A DNA stretch of 64,000 bases from the human T2T-CHM13v2.0 reference genome, Homo sapiens (GCF_009914755.1 NC_060926.1), one strand, 5' to 3'; shown: positions 16,175 through 31,329, counted from the stretch's first letter. Notes: a model not told the origin generated them from the sequence alone. Program-made: numbers and translations.

Positions 16175-16320
16175 ATAGTGTAGTAAAGTTACCCTGCACC
16201 TGAAGGCAGAAAACCAGGGTCTCTACCACCTCTTCTGCCATTTAACTTGTTATGGGACCTTGGGAAATTTGTTTATCCTGACTCAGCCACTAGTACCATC
16301 TAAAATATGGGGGGAAATAA
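16175..16320 (+). mobile_element. MIR SINE fragment
   Basis: tctgccatttaacttgttatgggaccttgggaaatttgtttatcctg...catctaaaatatggggggaaataa. Confidence 0.55.
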
Positions 16321-17539
16321 CACTTGATGTTTCTGAAAACAGCAGGCTAGATAAAATAATCTCTGGTAGACTACAGATTTAGAATCCTTTTAATGATAAT
16401 AGTAATGATAATAATAATAGAAAAATAAAACAGTTTTTATGATTTATAAAATACTGACATATTCTTTTTTGATACTCAGAATGACTGCATTGTAGGAAGG
16501 GTAGCCACAGATAAACACTGAAGCATGGTTGTTAAGTGGCTATTGAAAGGATACAAGTTAGTAAATGTGAACTTGATATCAATTCAAGATCTTTTGACTC
16601 GTAGCCTATCCATCCTTCTATGACATGATACTGGCTCTCCAATGAAACAAGTAACTTACATTAGTATTATATTTAGGACAAAAATCAGTCATAGGCAAAC
16701 AGTTCTTACGGTAGCTGTAAAACTATGTCCACCAGTTGAAGAGGATACCAGAAACTTAAGTCCCGAATGGTCAGATAAAGAAATGTTAAGTTTCCATAAA
16801 CCAAACTATTGAATTATGACTTTCTATCAAAACTGGGATGCATGTCTCACTCAAAACAACTACCTCATAATTTTAAAATTTGCTTTGCTGTTGTCAAGGG
16901 TATGTCCATGCAGTACACCTAGTTGCTGAAGAATCTGTCAATATTCAATCTTTTCCTCCTCCTCTCTATTTTTTTAACATTAATTTCTATACTCCTTGTC
17001 CTGCTATGAATTATCGGTGGTAGGTTAAGGCAGCAATTTGAGCAGTAAGTCAATATTATCAATTTTAATCTCTAAACCAATAGTTTATGAAGGATAGCAT
17101 TTCAGGATTTCCTTTGTGGTCAAGTTTTGACAGTCTTGTGTCAATTATTGATATAAAGATAAATCACACCTGTGAGTTGGTAATGTAGAATTTTATCTAC
17201 GTTTAAACAGATCTTGGCAACAAAATAAAGACCAAAAAGTTTCCTCCCTACTTTCATGGAAAAAAAATGTAAACGAATGGAGGGCAAAATATCTAACTTC
17301 CTGATGATCCTGCACACTCCATGAAACCTTGTATAGCGTGCACATCATCAAAATACACACCTTTATTAGCTAACACAGTAGCACCATTGTGGCCCACAGA
17401 TGGAGTTTCTATTTTTTGGCGGACAACTAGTTCATGAGAATTATACAATGCAGAGAAAATAAACCTACTTTAAATAGAAATGCCTCAGCCAAACAGCAGT
17501 CTATCCCTTTATCCAACCTTTCGATGAATGATTTCATTT

Positions 17540-18275
17540 GCCAAGTCCTAAAGGTTCAATATCTTCTATGTCTTGCACATCTAACTGTTTTTGCATCTTC
17601 TTGGGCAATACAACTACTTTAAGATCCCCATGACCTCTCACCTGGAACAATATCAGAAACTTTCTAACTGGTCTCTTTCCTTCAAACTTTTGCCACACTC
17701 TTCTCCCCCAATTCATCTATATTCAGTTGTTAGATTAATCTTCCTATTGCAGAGTTCATATTACTCTTCTAAATGTCTTCAAGAACTGCCTACTGCCTAC
17801 ACATTAAATACAAAGGTATTGGTATGGAATTTAAGAATATCCAAAGTGTAGTCCCATCATATCCTTCAGCCATATGTCCTATGAGTCTTTTAGTTACTCA
17901 TGCCTTTTCCAGTGAAACCACTGTCCTCAGTTTTCCAGAAACACATTTATACATCTCTACTTACTAGGTTTTTTTGTTTTTTCTCAAGCACCTGCTTTTA
18001 TTTTCTGGGATACTTCCCCTATTTCTATAAAAATTAGCACATCATTAAAGGATCACTTATCTGCTACCTTTTTTCATGAGTGTTTTCTGAGCAAAAAGTT
18101 CTTCTCCTATGAAATTTACTTCACTTTACATTACAGTGATTTCATCAGAACATTTGCCTTACCTCTACACTGCCTATAGTGTAAGGTCCTTGAGAGGAAA
18201 TACTGCCTTTATTCATAGTTGTAAAATCATTCTATCCTTACACATACAAAGCACCCAATATGTATTTGTTGAACC
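17540..18275 (+). mobile_element. L2 LINE fragments, including the 3' end
   Basis: Pyrimidine-rich L2-like body (catgacctctcacctggaacaatatcagaaactttctaactggtctc) and the L2 terminus tgtaaggtccttgagagg...caatatgtatttgttgaa. Confidence 0.6.
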
Positions 18276-18494
18276 AGTGCTGCTGATTTACGTATGATAT
18301 TTCTGTTTTTAAATTACGAAGACCTCACATAAATCAAATACACATGATGAATAAATATAACAATACAGATTTAGGTTTTAAACACAAATCATCAATATCA
18401 AAATAACATTAATTAAAGAACCATTAATGACAGGAAAGAATTTAGGTGCGTTATATATATCAACTGAATTAATCAAAATAGCCACTCCATGAAG

Positions 18495-18620
18495 TACGTA
18501 ATTTTATCCTCATTTTACAAATGAGGAAACTGAAGCTTAAAATCAGTGAAGTAACACATTCAATTCATACAAATATTGAGAGTCAGAGCTGTGACTGGAA
18601 CTCAGAACTGATGACCAAAT
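18495..18620 (-). mobile_element. MIR SINE fragment
   Basis: tatcctcattttacaaatgaggaaactgaagct is the reverse-complement MIR core. Confidence 0.75.
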
Positions 18621-19530
18621 TCTTGCTATTTCCCTATGATGCCAAAAGCAAAGTAGCTAGTAATAGTAAAGAAAAAAAACAGATGTCAATATGTTAAAGA
18701 ATGATACCTTTGAATCAGTGTATACAATCTGATATGTTTTTTACTCCACAGTGGAATACAGGTGTAGCAGATTGCCAGTCTGAGGTAAAGAGAAAGTTGT
18801 CTGAGTAAGCCTGTTTTGGAAGAAGACCAGCTTACACTGCCAAATTTCCTGAGCGTGGATTTTATTTCATATAAGAGCAATCTACTTTGAACTGGTGTTT
18901 GGCAACCATCTGCTTAACGTAACTGTAAGAGGCTTGTGAAGCAAATTACATTGTGAAATTATCTTTTTAATAAGAGCAGTACAAAATTCTTAACCTAACT
19001 TCTGTAAGAAGTAAAATCCAGCTGAGTGGGTATGTTCCCAAAGGGACCCACAAGGATTCCCAGAGGTCACTAAGGACGCTTAAACAAGGTCAGAAGGCAA
19101 GGCTGCTGGCGGCTCAACAGAAAGAGATAAGGAAGAGAGCAGGATTTCTATCACTGGGCAACGGCAACAGAGGGAGGGAGGAGCCAAAGCAGTGCAACAC
19201 ACTTCAGCAGCTTTACCGGGTCTCTGAAGTGAAGCAACAGGGGAACCCAACAGGTTTCCATACCCCAGGTTCAAACATCCCTGGGTCATACACATTGACA
19301 TCGAGGCTACAAAAGTTCTTTCCCTGCTGTTCTTCCATAAACACTGTACTACTGGTCTGAGTCAAATAAACAGAGTCTGCATTTGGCCCTCAGATGCAGG
19401 ATTGGTCAGTTAGAAATTAATAACCAGTAAGATCTATCAAGTAGTGAGAAAGAGAAAACTTGTGGTGATTAAGGGGAATTAAAGCAATTTTTGACAGATC
19501 AGTGCCAGATACTTATTTTCCACAATGTAG

Positions 19531-19570
19531 CAGCAGCAGTTTGTTGTTGTTGTTGTTGTTCTTCTTCTTT
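19531..19570. repeat. Compound trinucleotide microsatellite (CAG)3, (TTG)n, (CTT)3
   Basis: cagcagcagtttgttgttgttgttgttgttcttcttcttt read directly. Confidence 0.85.
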
Positions 19571-19850
19571 ACAATGCTCATACCTAGTTTTCTACTCCTA
19601 ATGAATGAATGAGCATTTTAAGTAGGATTACAGAATGCATATAATTAAAGGCAAAAACATTTACAAAGCATCCTATGAAGTATTTAAATCATGGAAATAC
19701 CAGATTATAACATCTATGTTTAAATGCTTACTTATATAAATGTTGGAAGCCACTTGCTAGCTCCCTGCTTCCTACTGTATGAAGTGAAGATAATATCCTC
19801 TACATTAAAACTGTGAAGACTGGAAAAGCATGCAATCACTTAAAGCAAGC

Positions 19851-20053
19851 AACATAGCCCTGTGGTTAAAGAGCAAGGGCTCTAGGTCCAGCACCCTGGA
19901 GTTTAAGGCCAGGTTCGTTCATTTATAAGTCACATGACCTTAGGAAACCTAAGTTTCAATTTTCTCATCTATAAAATCAAAATAATGACAACAGCTGCCT
20001 CCTAGGGTTGTCCTGAGTATTAAATAAAATTGTATAAACAATACACTTGGAAC
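19851..20053 (+). mobile_element. MIR SINE, near full length
   Basis: tgtggttaaagagcaagggctctagg...catgaccttagg...ttttctcatctataaaat...cctcctagggttgtcctgagtattaaataa. Confidence 0.85.
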
Positions 20054-20489
20054 TACTTGCTTCTTATTAATATATCTATGTGAAAGCATTTCATAAGTAT
20101 CAACATCAAACAAACATAAATCTGGGGTTATGTTTACTACATGGAAGTACAGGGAAGATGCAGAAGGCTTTATGAAGGAAATGGCATGTAAAATAGTACT
20201 AAAAGTTGGATATGACTTATATAAAAGAAGAACTAGATGGCACTCAAGATAGGGGCAAGCATGAAGAGAGGAAAAAGGCATGAGTACATGTTGGTTGTGA
20301 ATGACACCATTTTTTCCAGAATGGATACACTCAATGGATAATATACAATAGAACATATCCTAAAACCACAGAGCATTTAAAATTGAGCAAAGTACAAGAG
20401 AATTAATGCTTGAATGGCAGTAATTTCAAAAGACAAATGCTGTTAACTTATTAATAGGACAACCAAGTATGAAGAACTCTTAAGAAATC

Positions 20490-20575
20490 ATTCAAAATTA
20501 CTCACTGAGCACCTGCTCTGTACCAGGCACCACGAAGCAGTAGTGAACAAGACAGATACATTCCCTGCTTTTATG
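20490..20575 (-). mobile_element. L2 3' end fragment
   Basis: cattcaaaattactcactgagcacctgctctgtaccaggcac...gtgaacaagacagatacattccctgc. Confidence 0.65.
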
Positions 20576-21750
20576 GCACTAGTGAAAGGTATGCATATAG
20601 ATATATGTGTCTGTCTTTTTATATATATAAGCAACTATGCACTGTAAAATATTTAATGAGCAATACAAGGATTCATAAGCCCCACACCACCATGCCAGAA
20701 TATTCAGCTACTATAAAACCTCAGTGCAAAATATAGAGCATAAATAATCAACAAATATTCTCATAAGATCACTAATTCAAAAAGATAACTTCTCATTGTA
20801 AGTAGTTACTTTAAGCATGCCATCCTTGTATTTGTGAACTGAAGTCTTGGTTATTCAATGAGTTATCTCCATTTCTAAATCACCATTTAAACAGCTTTCT
20901 AAAGCTCATAACTAAAGTATGTGAAACATATTAAAGTGATGACTATGCACCATAGAAAGCAAAGTAGACAGACATATAAGGTATAGTTAAAGGGCATATA
21001 AATGGCTTTCTTTTAACACTTGTGTATGTATGATATTACATTAATCAGATGTAAGAGAGTTCCTTATCCATTTAAAAATACTTCTTTTAGAATACTTGAT
21101 GCTTTCTGGTCAGGTAAGTAGATCAAAATTTATACAAACTGGGTTTTATTTCTTCTATTAACTGGTGATTTAGCACTGAAGATCACATCTATGTCACCTG
21201 GAATTGTACAAGTTACCTTCTAAGGGGCTTAGCTTCCTTTTCTGTGAAATAAAGGTAATGCTACCGATTTGTGCAGGTAAAATGCTTAAAAGCCTACCTG
21301 CCTGAGGTTAAGGATCTTAAGGTCCCTTCAATCTATGGTATCTATCTATGATTACAGAATACAACCAGACTATTCTTTAAGTTTTCCATAAATAACAATT
21401 TGTGTAATTGGTAATAGTTATTGGTCACTATTATAAGTAATAGTATAAATTTATTTATACAAAATCTGGGGTAAAGATCTACCTTTTAGATCACATATTT
21501 GAAACGTCTGGGCATGCCTAATTCTATGTGTTCAGGTGTTTCTGAGGGTCATAGGTAAAAGCATGTTTAAATGTGAATGTACATTTATACATATGCATAG
21601 TAATATACTGGAAACCTAGTTGGTATGTGTGCAGGATGTTCTTTATTAAGCAATAAATGTTAGCTACTTAAGCAAAAGATAGTGCAATGTGATAAATGTG
21701 CCATCCCCATGTGTTTCCTTCAGTTGAATGTTGGCTAGTATCCAGGAGGG

Positions 21751-21756
<6 letters not shown>

Positions 21757-21796
<40 letters not shown>
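21757..21796. repeat. (CA)20 microsatellite
   Basis: Perfect 40-nt CA run. Confidence 0.97.
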
Positions 21797-21797
<1 letters not shown>

Positions 21798-24314
21798 CAT
21801 ACTCAAAACTTTAAAAAGAAAAAAGAAGTGCTACAACCTTCACAAAAAGCATAAAGTCCTTGACTCAAATAATGTTATGAAGACTCTTCTGAATTTCTCT
21901 TTGTCTCTACTTTGTCCCCGTCAGGATGTGAACCCTGCCATTATGTATGGCTTGCGGCTGTTTGGGAGTTTCCTCCCCATCTGGGACTAAGAGGCAAATT
22001 GCAGGTTTCCAGGGAGGGGAATGCTGTTACAGTAGGGATCACCTCAGCACTTCACATGGATTGTGCCTAGCCTAGTGATACCAGCTACCTTGATCCCTGT
22101 GACAAGCTAGCCACCAGGTTTTGTACTCTTTGTTACTGAAATTATGTAAGGTATTAGTTTTAGAAGCCTAAAGTCTTTGTTTTCTCAAAGGCTATAAACA
22201 TATGAATAACCATTAAAAGTTATTTTAATCTTCTTCCACCTTTAAAATGAATGCAATTATTTCAGGAGCACAAGAATTCCCGAATCTACGTTTTTGTCAC
22301 TCTCATCTTCCAAAGCCCACTGTCTTCTTTCACACTCCTAGCAGGTTGCCTTTGTTCAAGGCAGCACATGCTTACTAAAAGCACCTGACAGCAATTACCG
22401 CAATGAACTTTAAATCTTTTTCCTCTAACTACTGTAGTATTCTAGAAATAATGACACAACTTCTCACTGCTTTAAAATGTCAAGCTGACCACTCAGAAAT
22501 TCAAGCTATGTTTCTCCAGGAAGGTCCAAATGATGAGACATTTTATGTGCCTTCCATTTTATCTCCTGTTCCATTACTACACTGCCTAACACCTTCACAG
22601 TATAGCAACACCTCCTGGGACAAGCTGAAACCTAAATGAAACACAAAAGCTGCAACCTGAACAAAGTTAGCAATATGTTTTTGGCAAGAGTAAGCTGTTT
22701 TTTTCTTTTCTTTCCATGATCTGACACTATCAGCTGAATTAATTTTATTTTCTTCCTCACAGTGCTATTTCTAAGTAGATTAAACCTATTGCATGACTAA
22801 TTTACCTAGTGGCAAGGTAGCCTGCCTTTAATTGTGCAATATTTTTAACCATAAACACCTAACATACTCCATTATTTTCATGCATTTTGAGATTAAGTTT
22901 ATATTCAAATGTCTGGTTTGACTTTCACACTCAGAGGAAAAAAAAATTCCTTTCAGAAATTTGAACTAACTTCCTTAAACTCAGGAAGCTTTAAACTTCC
23001 AGCTGACACAAGAATTATCAGTTTACAAGGTTCATATGAATACAGTAAAATCCTGATAGTTTTTCAAATAATATGGAAAACACAGGACATATTTTAACTA
23101 TGCTTAGTTATGGGAAAGAGATGCCCATTATTAAGAGATCAAGTTAAGCTTTAAATGCCATTATCTTTAACTACATAGCAAAATTAAATTAAGGAATAGA
23201 ATCCTGAAGAATAGCTTTTACAGATAGAAAACTTAGCTTCTTCCTTTACATATTAAAACTCCTGTTACTACTTACATCTAATATATAAAGAGTGTGGACT
23301 TGGGAAGTCACTGGATTGTATTCCAGGATCAGGGAATTCACTGATTTTCAGGATTCCCTCTTGCCATCATCACTTTCCCATAATAACAGAAAAACAAATA
23401 AGCAAATCAATTTATCAAATACCAATTTATAGAGTACAGTATACACACTAGACACTGTTAAGTATTGGATCTATAGGACTAGACAAGACAGGCTTATAGT
23501 CTGGTTGGGGATACAGACAAACCTAACAAGGTAAGCAGTTCTCAGACAAGGACAGTACAGAACGCCACATGGGAGCACGGTCTCAGTGCAAAATACAGTG
23601 TTTGAGAGGAACTAAAAGGAAAAGACAGGAGAGTCAACGACGGTGTCCAGGTCTCTCAAAATAATACTGCTGGAAAAGAAAGGTTTAAGGCCCTTAAAGG
23701 TTAAAATCCAGGGCCAATAGGGCCACAGGAATTTATTATTCTGTGGGCTAGTTTTGTGAAATTGGTAGCAATGGAAGGAACAAATGAACAGAGAGGGAAA
23801 AGTACTAACATCTAGTGAAGGTGCATTTAGTTGGGCGTCCTTCAACATTAGCCATTTAATTACCAAACAAATCTTTCCAATAAGTATTAGTTTCATTTTA
23901 TACAAAAGGAAGCTGAGGATCAGGACCACATCACAATGTTGAATAATACTGTGTGTCTGAACCAGCCAAATACCCTCATTATGTATATCACTGGCTATAA
24001 AAGAAACCAAGTTGGGGGAAAATGTTTCTACAAATATGGGAATTCAAAGTCTTTTTCCATTAATGGGGCCATTTATATTTTACTAGATACTATACAAACA
24101 AATATTTATTAGTAACTGATATCTGAATATTACGGAATAAAAATATACAACATTTAAAAACACAAGCTCATTTACTAAGTAATAGGCAAACAAGTGAAAT
24201 GCAACAAAATAAACAGAAAAATGCAAAGAATCTGCAGAGAAAAGGAATTGAATGTAACGAGTGAGTTTAAGAACTGGGCTTTTACGCCCGGTTTCAAGGT
24301 GATAAAATGTGAGT

Positions 24315-24420
24315 GTTCATTCCTTCACTCAACAAATATTTATGGGGTAAGACTTTTGTACCGGACACACTGCTAAGCACTAAAGATACAGTAACAATCA
24401 AGCCATAGTCCTAACTTCAT
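24315..24420 (-). mobile_element. L2 3' end fragment
   Basis: ttcattccttcactcaacaaatatttatgggg...ggacacactgctaagcactaaagatacag. Confidence 0.65.
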
Positions 24421-26562
24421 ATTCTGTTTATATTAGGTGGAGACAAGAAGAGATCACAATCCCACTACAAGTGTCTGTCTGTGTGGAAGGAGAAGTATAA
24501 AGGCACAGAATTGGGAAGAAGAAAGGCTCACAGCAATTCACTTAAATTCCTGAACTAAGGACTTGTAGCCCTACCATATATCCCTTTATCAGAAAGCAGA
24601 ATATTTACTGTTGAAGATACATGTCAGTATCAACAGGTAGTTCTCACTAATACTTCCTAGCCTGTTTCCACGACAAATATAAACAAAATTATATAATTGT
24701 CTTTTTTCACTATGAACTTAGCCCTACAATGCAAGCAAAACCTAAAAATATTAAAATGAAACACACACATACACACACACAATTTTTGAATGAAAACCTA
24801 AAATGAAACCTCTTCAACCCATTATATTCACCATCATTAGATACAAGATCGCTATGACAAGTAATAGAACATTGGTCAAAAATAATAGCTTGGTTAAAAT
24901 TTCTTCATGCTGATAATAGTTGCAAGCTTTCACTATGTTGCCATATTATCAGTCTTAATGAAATTCACTTGTCAGTTCTGTTTTGAAACAGTGAATTCTC
25001 GCCCAGCATGACAGGGGTAAAATTAAAATCTCTTTTCTCTTCCCAATCAAATCAGCTAACGATGAAATATAAGAAAGGAGTAACTCGGAAATTTCTGTCA
25101 CTAATTGGTCAAAAAAAAGATTAGTTTTCAGATTCCTTTCCTTTGTTTTTTTTTTTTTCTGTTTCGACTGATGATCTCCCTAAATGTTACTAGTCAGCTA
25201 ATTCTTTTCTTTAAAAACTCATTTTGTCGCCAGCAAATATATTGAGTAAAACTTGCTGAAAATACACAGTGTTATACAATAGTAAGGAATAATGCAGTAG
25301 ACAGTCTACAATCTGCAGATTTTATTATCATTATCGCTCACTGGGCATTGAACTTATCCCTGTAGTGGAATAATGTCACCAAGCAGCTCATTCAAAGATA
25401 GACAAGGCAAAGATACCTTTCTACATACTGACTTTAGTTACAAACTTTTATAAGCCTTAGTGAATTTCAGCACTCTTGAAAGTTAAGTCTGTTAAGAGAA
25501 AGGACCATATTTATTTGTTTCCCCATTTATAGGGCACCTTATCAAGCCTTGCATATTAGGTACATTAAACTTTATATTTTTCTAGTGTTTTTATTTTAAG
25601 CTTTTGCTGAAAACTGTTAAACACAGCAACTCAATAAAAATTAAGTATGGCCTAGAAGAAGAAATAAAAATTCAACGAAAATGACACATGAACACGAAAT
25701 CTAAGGCACTGGAACCCATTCAGTTAGAGACTGAATTTATGCTGTTTTATAAATTTTATTCTGCTTAAGCTTCTTCAATACTCTCAAATGATGGTCAATC
25801 AATGTTTCCCTTTTTCATTCATTTAATAATGCATAAATTCAGTAAATATTCAGACAGAATACTTATCCAGTATAAGTACAGTATTGTCTCGCATGCAAGA
25901 AAGCAGAAGGTTTACAGGAATAGATGTAAATATTTTACTTAAAAACCTTAAGGTCTACTTAATATGTCATAAGTCCATATTCTTTGTGATTTGGGGGAAG
26001 TGGAAAATGAAGACTGTTTTCCACTCCTTGAAAAACATCACAAATAAAAGTTAATACGAGGAGCTAATATAGTTAATCTGGTACTAGAAACTGAGATACA
26101 ATAAACCAATCACTGAACTAGAAGTAAGATTCCTAGGTTCTACTGCTGGTTAGTGATGGAGTTCAGTGAGTAAGAGTGGAGGTAAATGTTAGTGTCTCAG
26201 TTTCCCAATAAGTAACCAGAAATAAACTAACTCCATATTTACCACAGAAGAAGTATACAAAAATTAAACAGAAAACACTGCCAGGAAAATATTAAACAAA
26301 TGATAGTAATCCATTATTGACATGATCTATGTTTCATAAATATAAAAAGGTTTTAGAGTATGACAGTTATTCAAATGTTTAATAGCATGTTACACCTTTG
26401 AAAGAGGTAACACTACAAGAAAAACAACAGAAAAATCAATGTACACTTCACCTTTCCAAAATGTAAAGCATATATTAAACAAATTAAATGAAAATCAGGG
26501 AAGTGAAAGCCATGTTAACTTCCAACGAATCAGAAGTCCATAAAAACTTATGAATAACATAA

Positions 26563-26650
26563 TTTTTGTTTTCTTTGAGATGGAGTCTTGCTCTGTCGCC
26601 AGGTCTGGAGTGCAGTGGCACGATCTTGGCTCACTGCAACCTCCACATCT
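26563..26650 (-). mobile_element. Severely 5'-truncated Alu (3' ~75 nt of the right arm plus tail)
   Basis: ttttgttttctttgagatggagtcttgctctgtcgcc...gctcactgcaacctcc, with imperfect flanking direct repeats aataacataatttt / aataacctaaatttt. Confidence 0.9.
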
Positions 26651-27069
26651 CTAAATAACCTAAATTTTAAAAATTCATAATGATGTGAAGAATTATCTCT
26701 AAAGTAACATCCAGAAGTAGAAAAAGATAAATTTCCATTTCACAATCCCTGGGATCCAGAAACTTGTACCTATTTGACCCAGCTCCTATAATCATATTTC
26801 CCTGGTCCCTTGAATGTATTTTACTATCCTCTCAAACTGAGAAAGTGACAATATTCATTATTTTGTTGCAAATATCCAGAGCACTGATTTAAATATCATA
26901 CAAATGAAAAAGATTGAAAAGAAAAAACTTTGAAGAGACACATCCATCTCTAACTAAAAACATGAACAGAGTAGCAGTATTTTGCCCTTTACTTTTTAAC
27001 CCCATATAAAACTAAGTCAAGGAAAATATATTATTCTGACATGTTTATAACTATTACATAAAATCAACT

Positions 27070-27385
27070 ATCACCTAACTACAGGAATGTGCTCTGAGAA
27101 ATGTGTCCTTAGCTGTGAACACTATCAAGTGTACATCACAAATCTAGATAGGATAGCCTACTTCATACCTAGGCCGTATGGTATATATTGCCTGTTGTTC
27201 CTAAGCTACAAACCTGCACAGCATGTTACTGTACTGAATACGTAGGCAATTGTAACCCAATGGTATCTACATATACACAGAAAATGTATCTTAAAAATAC
27301 CCTATTTATAATATTATGGCATCACCGCTGTATATGTTGTATATGTGGTCTATCATTGAAAAGTTATCAGGCATGCACATGACTG
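27070..27385 (+). mobile_element. Tigger3-like (MER7-type) TcMar DNA transposon relic
   Basis: tctgagaaatgtgtc...gcctacttcatacctaggccgtatggtata...gctacaaacctgcacagcatgttactgtactgaatac..., ending gcacatgactg followed by TA. Confidence 0.8.
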
Positions 27386-28193
27386 TACATATTTATGTCA
27401 AATATTAAAATCCAGATGGAACATTAGTTAGAATAACAAAAGCCTAACAAAACTCTTAAATCCAATCAATGGATTTTGCTTACATACATATTTTTTAGAA
27501 GACTGACATTGCATTACCACATAGAAGCTGTGATTCAAATTTCACTAAGAATCTAGATTCTGTTCTGTACTTTGGTCTTTGCCAAGTTTTGCTACAGTAA
27601 TAGAATGCCAAATTTTCTGCAATTATTTCATTTAGGAAAAAACCTTCTCTTAAACATTCTATAAAAATTTGATTCATCAAACCTTATTAATATGATGATG
27701 AATTTATTACAATTGTATTTAAATGGTTATTAAACGTAAGCCTAAATTATTCAGGCTAGACAGACAAGCATGGATCCTGAAAAGGCGGTTTGTTTTCTTA
27801 AAACTAACTTCCAGTTATTTCAGATTTCAACTATGTGTGTACTTTTCTAGAAGACAATTCTAAAGTGGCTTTCAAACTGTTCCTTGGCTATACACTATAC
27901 AGATACTGAGACAGTCTCAATAAAAGAGAAATGCTGAAGTCTATACTACCTTATTTCATTCAGTTAAAGTTTTGTTCTGTTCTGCTGGCTTAATATGGCC
28001 TTATCGTTATTTCAACACATGTCCCATTCCCATTTATTAACATTAAATATGAAATAGTAAATCTCACTGGGAAAAGTTTTCTAAAAGCTAATCGCTGCTT
28101 TAGAGAAACAATCTATTGGCACATGCTGTATGTGTTATGTTCATTAGCAAACTGGCCATTGCAATACTTCAAATTAGGGTATCAGCTGAAATA

Positions 28194-28229
28194 TTAGGTT
28201 GATGCCAAAGTAACTGTGGTTTTTGCCAT
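28194..28229 (+). mobile_element. Half MADE1 (Hsmar1-derived MITE)
   Basis: ttaggttgatgccaaagtaactgtggtttttgccat versus TIR consensus TTAGGTTGGTGCAAAAGTAATTGCGGTTTTTGCCAT, preceded by TA; second arm not seen. Confidence 0.75.
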
Positions 28230-29633
28230 AATATTTAAAATGAACCAAGAAATAAATACAAATTCCAAGTACTTTCAAGTTATACTCAGTAGAAAAAATA
28301 TATATCTTATCCTATATTTGAGTTCCCCCAATGTGGATGTTGTCATAATGTCATTAGTAGAAGTTTATTTTTTAAAGTGACAGTTTGCTCCAAATGTCAC
28401 CTAAATAAATATTATTTATCAACTCTCATTTGCGAATCTGAATACAAGTATTAATTTTCTGAGGTCACACAGAAGTTTTCTTTTAACAAAACTAGAATCC
28501 TCAAAGGAAACATTTGATTAATTTTTCATTAATTGATATATACTGACATAATAACCATTAAGTAGTTTATGTTAAACACACCCAGTGTATTTTAACCATC
28601 CTCGTTTGGGTGAGAAATGAAGATAAAATATTTTCATGTGACCTCTATCTTGATATTATACAAGCACTGACATTCAAACTAAAGAATATGGAAAGAAGAT
28701 TTTTGATTTTTCTCTGCCTGGGAATAATATTATCAAAGAACTCATAAAATAATCATAAGCAAATACTAAGAATACACCACCACCACACTCTACCAAATTT
28801 AGGTTAATGGCACATAGCAAAGAGCAGAGCAGATAAGGCATCACAGAAATTCATATACAAATTTAAAACACACAGACACACTAATGACTATGTTTTTAAA
28901 TCACTGATTGTAAAAAAACAAATAATGTTTTCCCAACGCTTTCCTACACATCATGTAAACTAAACAGGATTTTTTTTAAACAGGCAGGGAAAAAAGTGAA
29001 CGGAAGTAAACTTCATGAAACCCCATTACAAAACTAATGCTTTTCCTAGGGATAAAGTCATATGCACCATCACCTAGTTTTCCACTAGAAAAAAAAATAG
29101 AAAACTCTTTTTATAGAAATTCCATTTATTCTAAAACACCGAAACAAAACTACTATATAATCTCATTTTCTAAAATAATAAACACAAAATTCCTAAACAT
29201 GTAATATAAACAAGAGAAGAATAAGACAGAGAACTATTTAAACACAAATAATGTGTAGTAGGCATAGAATCCCAACACAAAAATTAAACATGGTGGTTTG
29301 CGATACAGTTATACTGATATAACATCTATCGATCTATCTTCAGCAGTTGTACTTTATTTAAATTAAATGAAATATGTATGTGAAGTGCTTTTTAACTCCA
29401 AACGTAAATTCATATATTCACTGCTAGTTATTATAATATTTTTGGAATTAAATGTTTAATATAGAAAAGAGAATAAATGAGATATGTCATTTCCCTATAC
29501 TTAATACCATGGAATATTTATCTTCAATTGTTTAGGATAAATTATGATATTTTAATTTAAAAGAAGCTTGAGAGATGTCCAACTTCCAAATTCTACATCC
29601 AAATTCTACAATTCACTATTAAGAAATGAAAGT

Positions 29634-29769
29634 CCAGCTACTCCGGAGGCTGAGGCAGGAGAAGGGCGTGAACCCAGGAGGCGGAGCTTGCGTGAGCGGA
29701 GATCACGCCACTGCACTCCAGCCTGGGCGACAAAGCCAGACTCCGTCTCCAAAAAAAATAAATAAAGAA
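29634..29769 (+). mobile_element. 5'-truncated AluY-like element (right arm)
   Basis: gaggcaggagaagggcgtgaacccaggaggcggagcttgc (Y-type diagnostics); TSD AAGAAAT(G/A)AAAGT at 29621-29633 and 29770-29782. Confidence 0.93.
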
Positions 29770-30378
29770 AAGAAATAAAAGTATATGAACTTAGTGAGTC
29801 TGAAGACATACAACTAATATATAAATCATTTCAAGGAAAATTTTGGTTTCCTCAGAATAAAAGATTGTTACACACAGGTACAAGTTTACCAAAAGGACTG
29901 TGGAATATCTTTATGCAAGCTGCTTAATAATTATCCATCTTATATACATGAAATTCACTGAATCTGGTATAGAGAAGGCTTATTTTAAGGATTTTCTAGT
30001 GACTTAATTCTACATTTACAGAATTCTAACACCAAATGAATATGATAATAGTGAACAAATAAGTGTATTAATGTGTCACTTGTTTAAATCAGTGGTTCTT
30101 AAAATGTATCCATGAAAAGCACAAGTGTTATAGATATTAAATTGTAGTATTCCATAGCTCAAGTAAAATAATACTAGTCTTTTTTCCATCACAGAAATAT
30201 GAATTTCTTGAACTTTCTGTATTTAAATTTTCTCTAATAATTTATATTAAACCACTGCCATGAACTACCTCTTATCTATAGTGAATGCTGTCAATCAACA
30301 AAATGAATGAAAATAGTAAGTAAGTATGAACTATAAAAATGGGAAACAATCTTAACATCTTTGCAATTTGTTTTTTAA

Positions 30379-30735
<357 letters not shown>

Positions 30736-31329
30736 TATTCTATGTACTTATTTTTTTTAATCATGTTTACATTAGTTTGGAAGATAAAATTCTATCTATA
30801 TTTCTCTCTAAAATCTAGCTTTGTTTAATCTATAACACAAGTGGGTTAGAGTAGAAGATTGCATATTCCTTTCCGTCTTAAGAGCTTTATGATCCTACTA
30901 AGGATCCCACTGATAAACGCACATATTCCTGTATCCTCAACTCTTCAAGTGTAAACAGATTATGTGTCCTTTAAAAAAAACAATTCATGAATACAAAGAT
31001 TTATGTTTTGCTATATTATTTTAGAAGGGTAGAGAAATTGGCTGAAATTGCTAAGAAAACTTAAAAATGTAGACAGTAATATTTTATCTTCTGTTGAAAA
31101 TGTTAAAAATGTACTTTCTATTTTTAACAAAGGTTTTTCTTCCCTTTTCTTAACATTAAATTAGTTCTCAATTCACAGCAACAATTACTATATTCTTTCC
31201 AGAAACAAAATCAGTATCCTACAGAGGTTATGAGAAACTCTTTTCTTTATGAGTTATATTATAATGTAACTCATACTTAAACAGTTTATTTAGTTCAGAG
31301 TGTTTTCAAATCTTCCATCTCAATAGATC

